A stretch of DNA of 54,512 nucleotides from the NCBI GenBank assembly GCA_042218235.1, contig JBDGRI010000036.1, positions 1 to 54,512 on the forward strand, written 5' to 3'. A model generated the notes under the pieces. That model did no database searches and was not told the origin of the DNA. It saw only the letters and a list, made by a program, of their open reading frames with translations. The position numbers were made by a program, and so were the translations under genes. This document shows positions 8,750 through 16,306 of this stretch, piece after piece; within the stretch, counting starts at the first letter, position 1; the number at the start of each line of letters is the position of its first letter. Source of the DNA: Candidatus Pacearchaeota archaeon. GTDB lineage: Archaea; Nanobdellota; Nanobdellia; Pacearchaeales; GW2011-AR1.

Positions 8750-9835
8750 ATGGAAAAGAGGCCAAAGATAGTTGTTGTAGGTTCTGGTTTTGGGGGCCTT
8801 GAGACGGCTTTGTCATTGAATAAAAAACTTGGGAGAAAGGCCGAAATAAAAGTTCTAGATAAAAGTGATTGTTGCCTATACACCCCGGAACTCTATCATT
8901 ACCTTATTGGAGAAAGAAAAAAAGAAGATATTACATTTGATTTGGAAGAAATGCTAAGCCAAAAAGGAGTTGAGTTTAAACAAGAAGGGCTTGAAAGTAT
9001 CGACTCTAGAAACAAAAAGGCGAAAACGGACAAAGGTTTTCATGAATATGATTATCTGGTTTTATCGATCGGGGCAGAGATTAATACTTTGGGGATAAAA
9101 GGGACGGAAAACGCCGTTGGATTTAAGACAATTGGCCATGCTAACAAGATAAAAGAAAAACTTGACAATTTTGGTTCTAAAAATAAAATAAACATAATTG
9201 GTTGTGGTTTGATTTCTGTTGAACTGGCGTGCTTTTTGAAAAAATGCTTCAAAAAATCCGAGGCACCAAAAATCCACCTCAGAGGCATAGAGTTGATGCC
9301 AGGCTTTAGTGATAAAGTCAAAGAAAAGGTCAAGCACCATCTTAAAGACAGAGACATAGAAGTTATTGAAGATTGTAAAATTGAAGAAATAAAACCGAAA
9401 AAACTGAAATGTAAGATAAAAAATGCACATAAAGCTGTGGATTCAGATTTAACGATAATGTCTACAGGATTTAAGATTCCTGAAGTTGCAAAAAGCCTCG
9501 GCTTGGAATATAACGAACAAGGAATTAAAGTTAATGAATTTCTCGAAACATCCGAAATAGGCATTTTTGCAATAGGGGATTGCAGTTTCTTAAAGCAAGA
9601 GGGAGGTGTTGAAAAAAAGCGTGCTCAAACGGCCGAAAAAGAAGGAAAGCATGTTGCAAAAAATATCATTAAAGACATTAAAGACAAAGAAAAGTCTGAT
9701 TACAAAGTCGAAGAAATACCGACAATAATAAGTACTGCTCCGACCTACATTTTGGACTATAAGGGAATTGTTTTCAAAAGCAAACTTGTAAACTTGATGG
9801 AAAAGTTCATAAAGTGGAAAAGCATGTTTAGATAG
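8750..9835 (+). CDS. FAD-dependent pyridine nucleotide-disulfide oxidoreductase (NDH-2 / sulfide:quinone reductase-like)
   Basis: KIVVVGSGFGGLETA (FAD-binding Rossmann motif), IIGCGLISVELA (second dinucleotide fold), FAIGDCS. Confidence 0.8.
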   Translation: MEKRPKIVVVGSGFGGLETALSLNKKLGRKAEIKVLDKSDCCLYTPELYHYLIGERKKEDITFDLEEMLSQKGVEFKQEGLESIDSRNKKAKTDKGFHEYDYLVLSIGAEINTLGIKGTENAVGFKTIGHANKIKEKLDNFGSKNKINIIGCGLISVELACFLKKCFKKSEAPKIHLRGIELMPGFSDKVKEKVKHHLKDRDIEVIEDCKIEEIKPKKLKCKIKNAHKAVDSDLTIMSTGFKIPEVAKSLGLEYNEQGIKVNEFLETSEIGIFAIGDCSFLKQEGGVEKKRAQTAEKEGKHVAKNIIKDIKDKEKSDYKVEEIPTIISTAPTYILDYKGIVFKSKLVNLMEKFIKWKSMFR

Positions 9836-9948
9836 TGTTCTGGGAAAGAGGCGTTACGCTTTTCTTCCAGAAAATCGTAAAGGGCCCAGGAATCTGAGAT
9901 TCCAGCCTATTGCGCTTAAATAAATTTAATCACAATAGAGGTAATAGA

Positions 9949-10281
9949 ATGGATACAATAAGTGCCGAAGAACTGAAAAGCAAAATCGATGATGGCGAAG
10001 ATTTTGTTTTAGTCGATGTTTTGGGCCAAGACAGTTACACGGCCAAGCACTTGCCGGATGCCATAAACATACCGGTTAACGAAATAGAAGACAAGGCTTC
10101 TGAAAAGCTTCCTGACAAAGACAAAGAAGTTATTGTTTATTGTGCGAGTACCGACTGCCAAGCCTCGCCACAAGCTGCCGAAAAGCTTGAAGAGCTTGGT
10201 TACAAAAATGTAAAAGATTTTGAGTCGGGAATTGCAGGCTGGCAGGAAGCCGGCTACGAACTCGAAGGCGAAGCCGCTTAA
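9949..10281 (+). CDS. single-domain rhodanese (sulfurtransferase)
   Basis: Rhodanese fold with active-site loop VYCASTDCQAS. ATG 9949 has GAGGT 6 nt upstream. The TTG at 9910 in the ORF track is less likely. Confidence 0.85.
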   Translation: MDTISAEELKSKIDDGEDFVLVDVLGQDSYTAKHLPDAINIPVNEIEDKASEKLPDKDKEVIVYCASTDCQASPQAAEKLEELGYKNVKDFESGIAGWQEAGYELEGEAA

Positions 10282-10365
10282 ATTTATTAATTCTTTTTTT
10301 GTTTTAATTTTTTAAAAGTAACACTTTCGAAATTTTTATATATTTGTTTCTGACTTCTTTCTTAT

Positions 10366-10689
10366 ATGGCAGAAAGGAAGTCTATCGATAAAGAAACTTT
10401 GAAAGAAGAGGCCAAATATGTTTTGAAGTTCTATACTACAGCAATAAAAAACATTTTTCCAATGACAGAAGCAAAAAAGAACGAGTATAAAGAATACCTT
10501 AACGAAATGAAGGATTACTACCAACAAAAAATTGAAGACAGAACGAGTGTCAGTCTGGGAGAAATTGAAGTAAAACTCCCCTCAGAATTCTCGGAAGACG
10601 CTGTTTATGAATTTTTAATTAACCACCTTTCTAAGAATGAAAGAAAGATAAAATCCGGAAACGGTGAAGAATGTTGTACTCGGTTTTAA
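10366..10689 (+). CDS. hypothetical protein
   Basis: 107-aa charged helical ORF. Overlaps the next gene by 19 nt, an operon-style arrangement. Confidence 0.5.
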   Translation: MAERKSIDKETLKEEAKYVLKFYTTAIKNIFPMTEAKKNEYKEYLNEMKDYYQQKIEDRTSVSLGEIEVKLPSEFSEDAVYEFLINHLSKNERKIKSGNGEECCTRF

Positions 10690-11120
10690 AGCCCGTTGAA
10701 AAATTAACTCATTCTATGGCCAACGCTAGCTACTCTCCTTTTACCGGAAATATCTATTTTAGTGACGAATATATACCGAGGGTCTTAAGAGACCTTGATG
10801 AAAATGAAGATAGAACAATGATGCACGAATTATCTCATGCTTTATGGGATTCGCTTAAAGGAGAAAGTGTCAGAGAGACGATTAAATCAAAAGAAGGCAA
10901 AGAATGGTCTGAAGGTTTTGCAGAATACGGGGCAATAAATCATTTCTATGACTTTCTGTTGCCAGGCAAATATATAAACAACCATAGTAAAACTATAAAG
11001 AATGGTGTCGAAAAAGTTCGATCTACGGTTGAAAAACACGGTCAGGAAGCATATCTTGAAATACCGAACAAATGGAAAGAGTTTGAAAAAGAACTTACGG
11101 GAAAAGATTTAACCAAATAG
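10671..11120 (+). CDS. putative gluzincin (MA-clan-like) metallopeptidase
   Basis: HELSH (HExxH), followed ~25 residues later by EGFAEYG, a spacing typical of Peptidase_MA_2-like proteins. Confidence 0.6.
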   Translation: MLYSVLKPVEKLTHSMANASYSPFTGNIYFSDEYIPRVLRDLDENEDRTMMHELSHALWDSLKGESVRETIKSKEGKEWSEGFAEYGAINHFYDFLLPGKYINNHSKTIKNGVEKVRSTVEKHGQEAYLEIPNKWKEFEKELTGKDLTK

Positions 11121-11150
11121 AATTTTAAAGTTTCTAAACACAGTCTTTTT

Positions 11151-11738
11151 ATGAAATATTCTAACCGTGAAAAGAAAGACTTGGCATTTGCAGGATTTAT
11201 GATTTCTCTAGCATTTTCTATACTTTTAGCCGGAGGAATTAAAGCCGATTTTAATTCTCAAATTTTGGAAATTTTCTTAATTGCGTTTTTTACAGCGGGA
11301 ATTGGTTTTTTGCTTCATGAATTGATGCATAAGTTTTATGCTCAAAAGTATAATTGTTGGGCTGAATTTAGGGCAGATTACAAAATGAATGTTTTTGCTG
11401 TAGTAGTTTCTTTCTTTGGATTCATTATTGCTGCTCCCGGTGCGGTTTATATTAGGGGCAATATTTCTACAGAGAAAAACGGAAAAATCTCCCTTGCGGG
11501 CCCTGTTACAAACATAGTTTTGGCATTGATTTTCTTGCCTTTAGCAATTCTTTACAGTCAAGGATTGGTTGCAACTTTGGCAGGATTCGGTTTAACAATC
11601 AACTCTCTTTTGGCAGCTTTCAACATGATTCCTACAATGCCATTCGACGGAGCCAAAGTTATAAAGTGGAACAAAAGAGTTTATTATACGACTTTAATTA
11701 TTGCCGTTGGGCTTTTTGTTTTGAGTTGGTTGGTTTGA
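11151..11738 (+). CDS. site-2 protease family (M50) intramembrane metalloprotease
   Basis: Polytopic membrane protein with HELMH inside a TM helix and the second motif FNMIPTMPFDGAKV. Confidence 0.8.
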   Translation: MKYSNREKKDLAFAGFMISLAFSILLAGGIKADFNSQILEIFLIAFFTAGIGFLLHELMHKFYAQKYNCWAEFRADYKMNVFAVVVSFFGFIIAAPGAVYIRGNISTEKNGKISLAGPVTNIVLALIFLPLAILYSQGLVATLAGFGLTINSLLAAFNMIPTMPFDGAKVIKWNKRVYYTTLIIAVGLFVLSWLV

Positions 11739-12276
11739 TAAACTTTCTAGAAACTCTTTTTGTTCTTCTGTAAAATCTTCTACAGAGGTATTGATCTTGA
11801 TCTGTTCTTTGAAATTTAATTCTCAAAGTCTTAAAACCTGCCCGGGAATTTTTGTCTAGCTTGGCTACGTGGAAATGTAAATGAGGTGCTGAAGAAAGCC
11901 CAGTATTTCCGCTATAACCTATTAATTCTCCTTCATCCACATATTGGCCGGTTTTCACTTTTGCCCCATTATATTTAAGATGGGCGTATTCGGAAATTTC
12001 TCCGTTTTCATGTTCTATGGAAATTGAATTGAGATATTTATTAGGTTCTTTAGAGAATTTTTCACTTGTACCTCCTTCATTAGAATCTGCCTTTACTGCT
12101 ATTACTTTCCCTCCTCTTGCAGCAAGAACTTCAGTTCCTATAGGCAAAGGAAAATCTACTGCGTTTTCTAAAGGTCCGTAATGTGCTCGAGAATCCGAAA
12201 AAGCAACTCTGAAGTCACTCTTACTTATTGGCAGAGAATATTCATTTTGTGTTTTTTCCATGCCACAAAAAATCAT
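11698..12276 (-). CDS. M23 (LytM-type) metallopeptidase
   Basis: GYSGNTGLSSAPHLHFHV (HxH motif) with an upstream H...D motif. No obvious signal peptide. Basic C-terminal tail overlaps the M50 3' end by 41 nt. Confidence 0.8.
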   Translation of the reverse strand: MIFCGMEKTQNEYSLPISKSDFRVAFSDSRAHYGPLENAVDFPLPIGTEVLAARGGKVIAVKADSNEGGTSEKFSKEPNKYLNSISIEHENGEISEYAHLKYNGAKVKTGQYVDEGELIGYSGNTGLSSAPHLHFHVAKLDKNSRAGFKTLRIKFQRTDQDQYLCRRFYRRTKRVSRKFIKPTNSKQKAQRQ

Positions 12277-12320
12277 GAAAAGTTTAAATAAATTCTCGTA
12301 TTCTCAAAAACTAAAGAAAA

Positions 12321-14486
12321 ATGGCAAAAAGAGCTACAATTTCAATAGAAGGAATGCATTGTGCTAGTTGTCAGGATAATATAAAGAAAAGTTTGGAGAA
12401 AATTGATTCTATAAAGAAAGCAGATGTTCAACTTATGTCAAAAAAGGCAGAAATAGAATTTGAAGGAAATTTGGACGAAAAAAAGATTAAAGATTCCATA
12501 GAAAATGTCGGAAATTACAAAATGAAAGAGATTTCTTATGAAAGCCACCACGACCACAATCACGGTTCTGCAGACCAGTCTGAAATAGAAAATTGGAAGA
12601 AAAAGATGATTTGGGGTTGGGTTATAGCAATTCCTGTTATGCTTCTTATGTTCTCCGAGAGAATTTTTGGAGGAAACATAATTCCTGAAGCCTACTTGCC
12701 GATAGTTCTTTTAGTATTGTCTTTCCCAGTAGTGTTCATTTTGGGCTGGTCTACGATTAAAGGCGGATTCAAGGGGCTTTCAAAATTTTATTTCAATATG
12801 GATCTTTTGATAGCAATCGGAACAATTGTTGCTTATGTTACAGGAATTCTGCATTTATTTTTGCCAATTGACGATTATTCAGGTGTAGCCGCAATGATTA
12901 TGGCAATTTTCATAACTGGAAAGTTTATAGAGGCAAAATCTCGAGGCAGAGCAGGTAGAGAAATACAAAAGCTTTTGGAACTTGGAGCCAAAAAAGCAAC
13001 TATTCTGAAAAACGGTAAAGAAAAAGAAGTTGAGATTTCTGAAGTTCAAAAAGGAGACATAATGGTTGTAACGCCGGGAGAGAAAGTTCCTACCGACGGA
13101 GTTGTTGTTAAGGGAGAAAGTTCTGTTGACGAATCTATGGTTACCGGAGAAAGTGTTCCAGCTGAAAAGTCAAAAAACGACAAAGTCATTGGGGCAACAA
13201 TAAATCAAGACGGGAATTTACATATAAAGGCAACTAAAATAGGAGAAGAAACTTATTTGTCAAACATAATAAAGCTTGTAGAAGAAGCTCAATCTTCAAA
13301 AGTTCCAATACAAAATTTCGCGGATAAAGTAACGAACGTATTTGTCCCGATGGTTCTAATAATCGCGGCTTTGACTTTTACCGGATGGTTGGTTTTTGGG
13401 GCAACAATAAGTAAAGCTGTTGCTGTTGCCGTTTCAGTTTTAGTTATAGCATGTCCTTGTGCGCTTGGTTTAGCGGTTCCGACGGCTTTGATGGTTGGTT
13501 CGGGCATGGGTGCTAAAAGAGGTATCTTGATTAGAAAAGGAGAAGCAATTCAAAAAATGAAAGACGTAAAACACATAGTACTGGACAAAACAGGAACGAT
13601 AACAAAAGGAAAGCCAGAAGTTTCTGAAGTTTACACGAAAAGCGATAAAAAATATTTGCTTGACATTGCCGCAAGTTTAGAAAACAAATCAGAACATCCG
13701 ATAGCCAAGGCAATTACAGAATATGCAAATCTTAAAAGGTATAGAAAAGTTTCAAACTTCAAGGTTGAAAGAGGAAAAGGTGTTAAAGGCAAGGTTGGAA
13801 GCAAGAATGTTTTAGTAGGAAACGCGAAATTTATGCAAGAAAACAATGTTTCTATAGAGAACTACAAAAAGAAAATAGAAGATTTTGAATCTAAAGGACT
13901 TACAACCATGATAGTTTCGGAGAACGGGTCTGTTATAGGCATAATTGGAGTAGGCGATGAAATCAAAGAAGATTCAAAGAAATCAATCAAAGAATTAGTC
14001 AATCAAGGATTCAAAGTTAGTATGATGACAGGGGACAACGAAAAAACTTCAAAAGCAATAGCTAAAAAAGTCGGCATTTCAAATGTTCTTTCGGGAGTCC
14101 TTCCTGATGAAAAGTCAAAAGAAATCAAAAATTTGCAAGAAAAAGGAAGAGTTGCTTTTGTTGGAGACGGAATAAATGATGCCCCTGCACTAAAGCAAGC
14201 AGATGTAGGGATTGCCATTGGGACAGGAACAGACATAGCAATAGAATCGGGAGACATTGTTTTAGTTAAAGGTTCATTGGAGGGAGTTGTACAATCTATA
14301 AACTTGAGCAATGCAACATTTTCAATAATAAAACAAAACTTATTCTGGGCTTTTGGTTACAATACCATCGCGATACCTGTAGCAATAGCAGGTCTTTTAC
14401 ACCCAGCTATAGCCGAAATTGCAATGGCCCTTTCCAGCATAACTGTAGTGAGTAATGCGAATCTTTTAAGAAGTTCGAAAATTTAG
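12321..14486 (+). CDS. copA: copper-translocating P1B-type ATPase
   Basis: N-terminal HMA domain [13 protein letters not shown] motif (ACPCALGLA), DKTGT phosphorylation site, GDGINDAP hinge. Confidence 0.95.
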   Translation: MAKRATISIEGMHCASCQDNIKKSLEKIDSIKKADVQLMSKKAEIEFEGNLDEKKIKDSIENVGNYKMKEISYESHHDHNHGSADQSEIENWKKKMIWGWVIAIPVMLLMFSERIFGGNIIPEAYLPIVLLVLSFPVVFILGWSTIKGGFKGLSKFYFNMDLLIAIGTIVAYVTGILHLFLPIDDYSGVAAMIMAIFITGKFIEAKSRGRAGREIQKLLELGAKKATILKNGKEKEVEISEVQKGDIMVVTPGEKVPTDGVVVKGESSVDESMVTGESVPAEKSKNDKVIGATINQDGNLHIKATKIGEETYLSNIIKLVEEAQSSKVPIQNFADKVTNVFVPMVLIIAALTFTGWLVFGATISKAVAVAVSVLVIACPCALGLAVPTALMVGSGMGAKRGILIRKGEAIQKMKDVKHIVLDKTGTITKGKPEVSEVYTKSDKKYLLDIAASLENKSEHPIAKAITEYANLKRYRKVSNFKVERGKGVKGKVGSKNVLVGNAKFMQENNVSIENYKKKIEDFESKGLTTMIVSENGSVIGIIGVGDEIKEDSKKSIKELVNQGFKVSMMTGDNEKTSKAIAKKVGISNVLSGVLPDEKSKEIKNLQEKGRVAFVGDGINDAPALKQADVGIAIGTGTDIAIESGDIVLVKGSLEGVVQSINLSNATFSIIKQNLFWAFGYNTIAIPVAIAGLLHPAIAEIAMALSSITVVSNANLLRSSKI

Positions 14487-14509
14487 TTTTCTAAAAAGGG
14501 TTTTGAGAA

Positions 14510-15292
14510 ATGTCTGAGCAAATTTATGTAAAAAAGCTTAATGGAGAAAAAGAACGTTACAAAAAGGAAAAGCTAGTTAGTTCCTTAGAAAAGGCGGGAG
14601 CAAGCAAAAAAGCAATTGATAAAGTAATGAAAAAAGTTCCTCCGATTATTCATGACGGAATAAAGACCGCTAAATTGTATGATTTCGTTCATGAAGAATT
14701 AAAGAAAATCGAAGAAGATTCTTGTTGTAGATATAACCTAAAAAGATCAATGATGGATTTGAGGATTCACGGAGGATTTGTTTTTGAAGATTTTATGGCA
14801 AGAATCCTACAAAAGAAAGGTTACAAAACTAATGTCGGGGACAAATACTATGGAAAGAAAATAACTCACGAAATTGATATTGATGCCAAAAAAGATAAAA
14901 AAAGGATAATGGTTGAAGCAAAACACCATAGTAAAAAAGGTCTTAAAACAGATGTGCAAACTTCCCTGTATGTTTATGCTAGATTTTTGGACATAAAGGA
15001 AAGCTTTGATTTCCCGATGATTGCAACCAACACAAAATTCTCGGATCAGGCCAAAAAGTACTCCAAGGGAGTAGGAATGAAAATGATGGGGTGGAAACAT
15101 CCTAAAGAGGACAGTCTTGAGAAGAATATCGAAAAATATAAGCTTTACCCAATAACAATACTTCCTCTTTCAAGAAAACAATTAGTAAAATATTTCAAAA
15201 AGGACATTCTTACCGTCGATGAATTAAAAGAAAGAGGAGATTTAAGTGAAGACTTCCGAAAAAAAATTTCTAAGATAATGAAAGAAAGTTAG
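14510..15292 (+). CDS. ATP-cone domain fused to a PD-(D/E)xK (Mrr-like) restriction-endonuclease-fold domain
   Basis: Residues 1-85 match ATP-cone (IYVKKLNGEKERYKKEKLVSSLEKAG...LYDFVHEEL). The rest carries GGFVFEDFMARILQKKGY...HEIDIDA...IMVEAKHH, a D...ExK nuclease core. Confidence 0.75.
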   Translation: MSEQIYVKKLNGEKERYKKEKLVSSLEKAGASKKAIDKVMKKVPPIIHDGIKTAKLYDFVHEELKKIEEDSCCRYNLKRSMMDLRIHGGFVFEDFMARILQKKGYKTNVGDKYYGKKITHEIDIDAKKDKKRIMVEAKHHSKKGLKTDVQTSLYVYARFLDIKESFDFPMIATNTKFSDQAKKYSKGVGMKMMGWKHPKEDSLEKNIEKYKLYPITILPLSRKQLVKYFKKDILTVDELKERGDLSEDFRKKISKIMKES

Positions 15293-15585
15293 CTTGATTT
15301 TTTCTTACTTTCAGATTTTTTGCTTTTTGAGTCAGAAGATTTATTTCTGCTTTGGTGTGTTTTCCCTAAATCCATATCAGAAAATCCGAAAATATATATT
15401 ATCGGTAAAATTCCTACAGTATTCACAAGTGCAATTATCATAAACCAAACTACATGGTTATTTCGTGCAGATTTCCACAACCCAAAAAGTTTCCAAAACG
15501 CTGTCCAAAGAATCAAAACTACTAATATCCAAGCAGAAATTCCAGCTTGTTGTGCGATTTCTGTCAAACCTAGTTCATAAACCAT
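15289..15585 (-). CDS. small membrane protein (DUF5652-like), Ser/Lys-rich tail
   Basis: 98 aa with two TM helices (ISAWILVVLILWTAFWKLFGLW and VVWFMIIALVNTVGILPIIYIF) and the tail SRNKSSDSKSKKSESKKKSS. Confidence 0.6.
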   Translation of the reverse strand: MVYELGLTEIAQQAGISAWILVVLILWTAFWKLFGLWKSARNNHVVWFMIIALVNTVGILPIIYIFGFSDMDLGKTHQSRNKSSDSKSKKSESKKKSS

Positions 15586-15670
15586 CCGCTGTCCAAAATG
15601 CCTTCATTTAAAAACGTTGTCAGGGATTGTTGTACTAATTCGCAATATTACTAAAAGATGGTCACGAAGA

Positions 15671-15680
15671 TTTATATATA
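15671..15680 (+). promoter_or_regulatory. candidate archaeal TATA box for the nrdR operon
   Basis: TTTATATATA lies ~78 nt upstream of the nrdR ATG and immediately upstream of the two palindromes. Confidence 0.35.
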
Positions 15681-15706
15681 AGCGTTGAATATGGTTTGTT
15701 AAATTG

Positions 15707-15727
15707 CACAATCAGTAGGTGATTGTG
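15707..15727. promoter_or_regulatory. palindrome with NrdR-type half-sites (CACAATC-N7-GATTGTG)
   Basis: Perfect 7-bp arms containing the CACAAT/ATTGTG half-sites of NrdR boxes, but with wider spacing than the canonical 16-bp box. Confidence 0.45.
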
Positions 15728-15737
15728 GTGATAAAAT

Positions 15738-15753
15738 ACACAACATATTGTGG
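15738..15753. promoter_or_regulatory. NrdR-box-like 16-bp palindrome
   Basis: ACACAACATATTGTGG matches the published consensus ACACAATATATTGTGT at about 14 of 16 positions. It ends 5 nt before the nrdR start. Confidence 0.6.
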
Positions 15754-15757
15754 TTAG

Positions 15758-16195
15758 ATGAAATGTCCATATTGCTCGCACTCAAGGTTTAGGGTGTTAG
15801 ACAAAAGAAAATCTCCTTGGGGAATAAGAAGGAGGCGTGAATGCATTAAGTGTAAAAAGAGGCTAACCACATACGAGCGGATAGAAAAAAGCGACCTTTA
15901 TGTCGTGAAAAAAGACAACTCGAGGGAAAAGTTTGATAGAGATAAGCTTGAGAAAGGCATAGAAAAAGCCTTCGAAAAGAGGCCCGTCCCTCGGGAAAAC
16001 ATTCAAAACCTCATTGATGAGGTTGAAGAGCAAATAAGAAGAAAAGGGAAAAAAGAAATCAAAAGCACTACTGTGGGCAACATGGTTTCAAGAAAAATAA
16101 AGAAACTGGATAAGGTTGCTTACATAAGGTTTGCTTCAGTTTACAGAGATTTTGAAGATGTTGAAGACTTCAAAGAAGAAATAAACAAACTGTAG
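15758..16195 (+). CDS. nrdR: transcriptional repressor NrdR (Zn-ribbon + ATP-cone)
   Basis: MKCPYCSHSRFRVLDKR...CIKCKKRLTTYERIE is the Zn ribbon. It is followed by an ATP-cone (VVKKDNSREKFDRDKLEKGIEKA...AYIRFASVYRDF). Confidence 0.9.
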   Translation: MKCPYCSHSRFRVLDKRKSPWGIRRRRECIKCKKRLTTYERIEKSDLYVVKKDNSREKFDRDKLEKGIEKAFEKRPVPRENIQNLIDEVEEQIRRKGKKEIKSTTVGNMVSRKIKKLDKVAYIRFASVYRDFEDVEDFKEEINKL

Positions 16196-16306
16196 TGGGA
16201 ATAAACACGTATTTCCAGATAAATAAAAAGCGGAAATCCGTGATGGAGCCCAAAACCAAGTTTTGGCCTGCCATTGCGCATTTTTTCGCTAACCAAAAAA
16301 TTCACA

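Noticed and set aside
9836-9948. Hairpins (GGAATC-tga-GATTCC and CTGG...CCAG) after the flavoprotein gene as a regulatory RNA
   Set aside because: The stems are short and imperfect with no oligo-T. They are most simply a weak intergenic stem-loop, and there is not enough evidence for a specific call.
10366-11120. Possible single frameshifted gene spanning ORFs 10366-10689 and 10671-11120
   Set aside because: The downstream frame has a TGA at 10665-10667 just before its ATG, and the 19-nt overlap contains no homopolymer or slippery run. Two translationally coupled genes is the simpler reading.
16274-16306. TTG-initiated extensions of nrdJ (16274), EF-2 (29200) and rhodanese (9910) in the ORF track
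   Set aside because: The added residues are hydrophobic or basic junk and not conserved N-termini. Downstream ATGs give canonical N-termini, and the rhodanese ATG has a GAGGT RBS.
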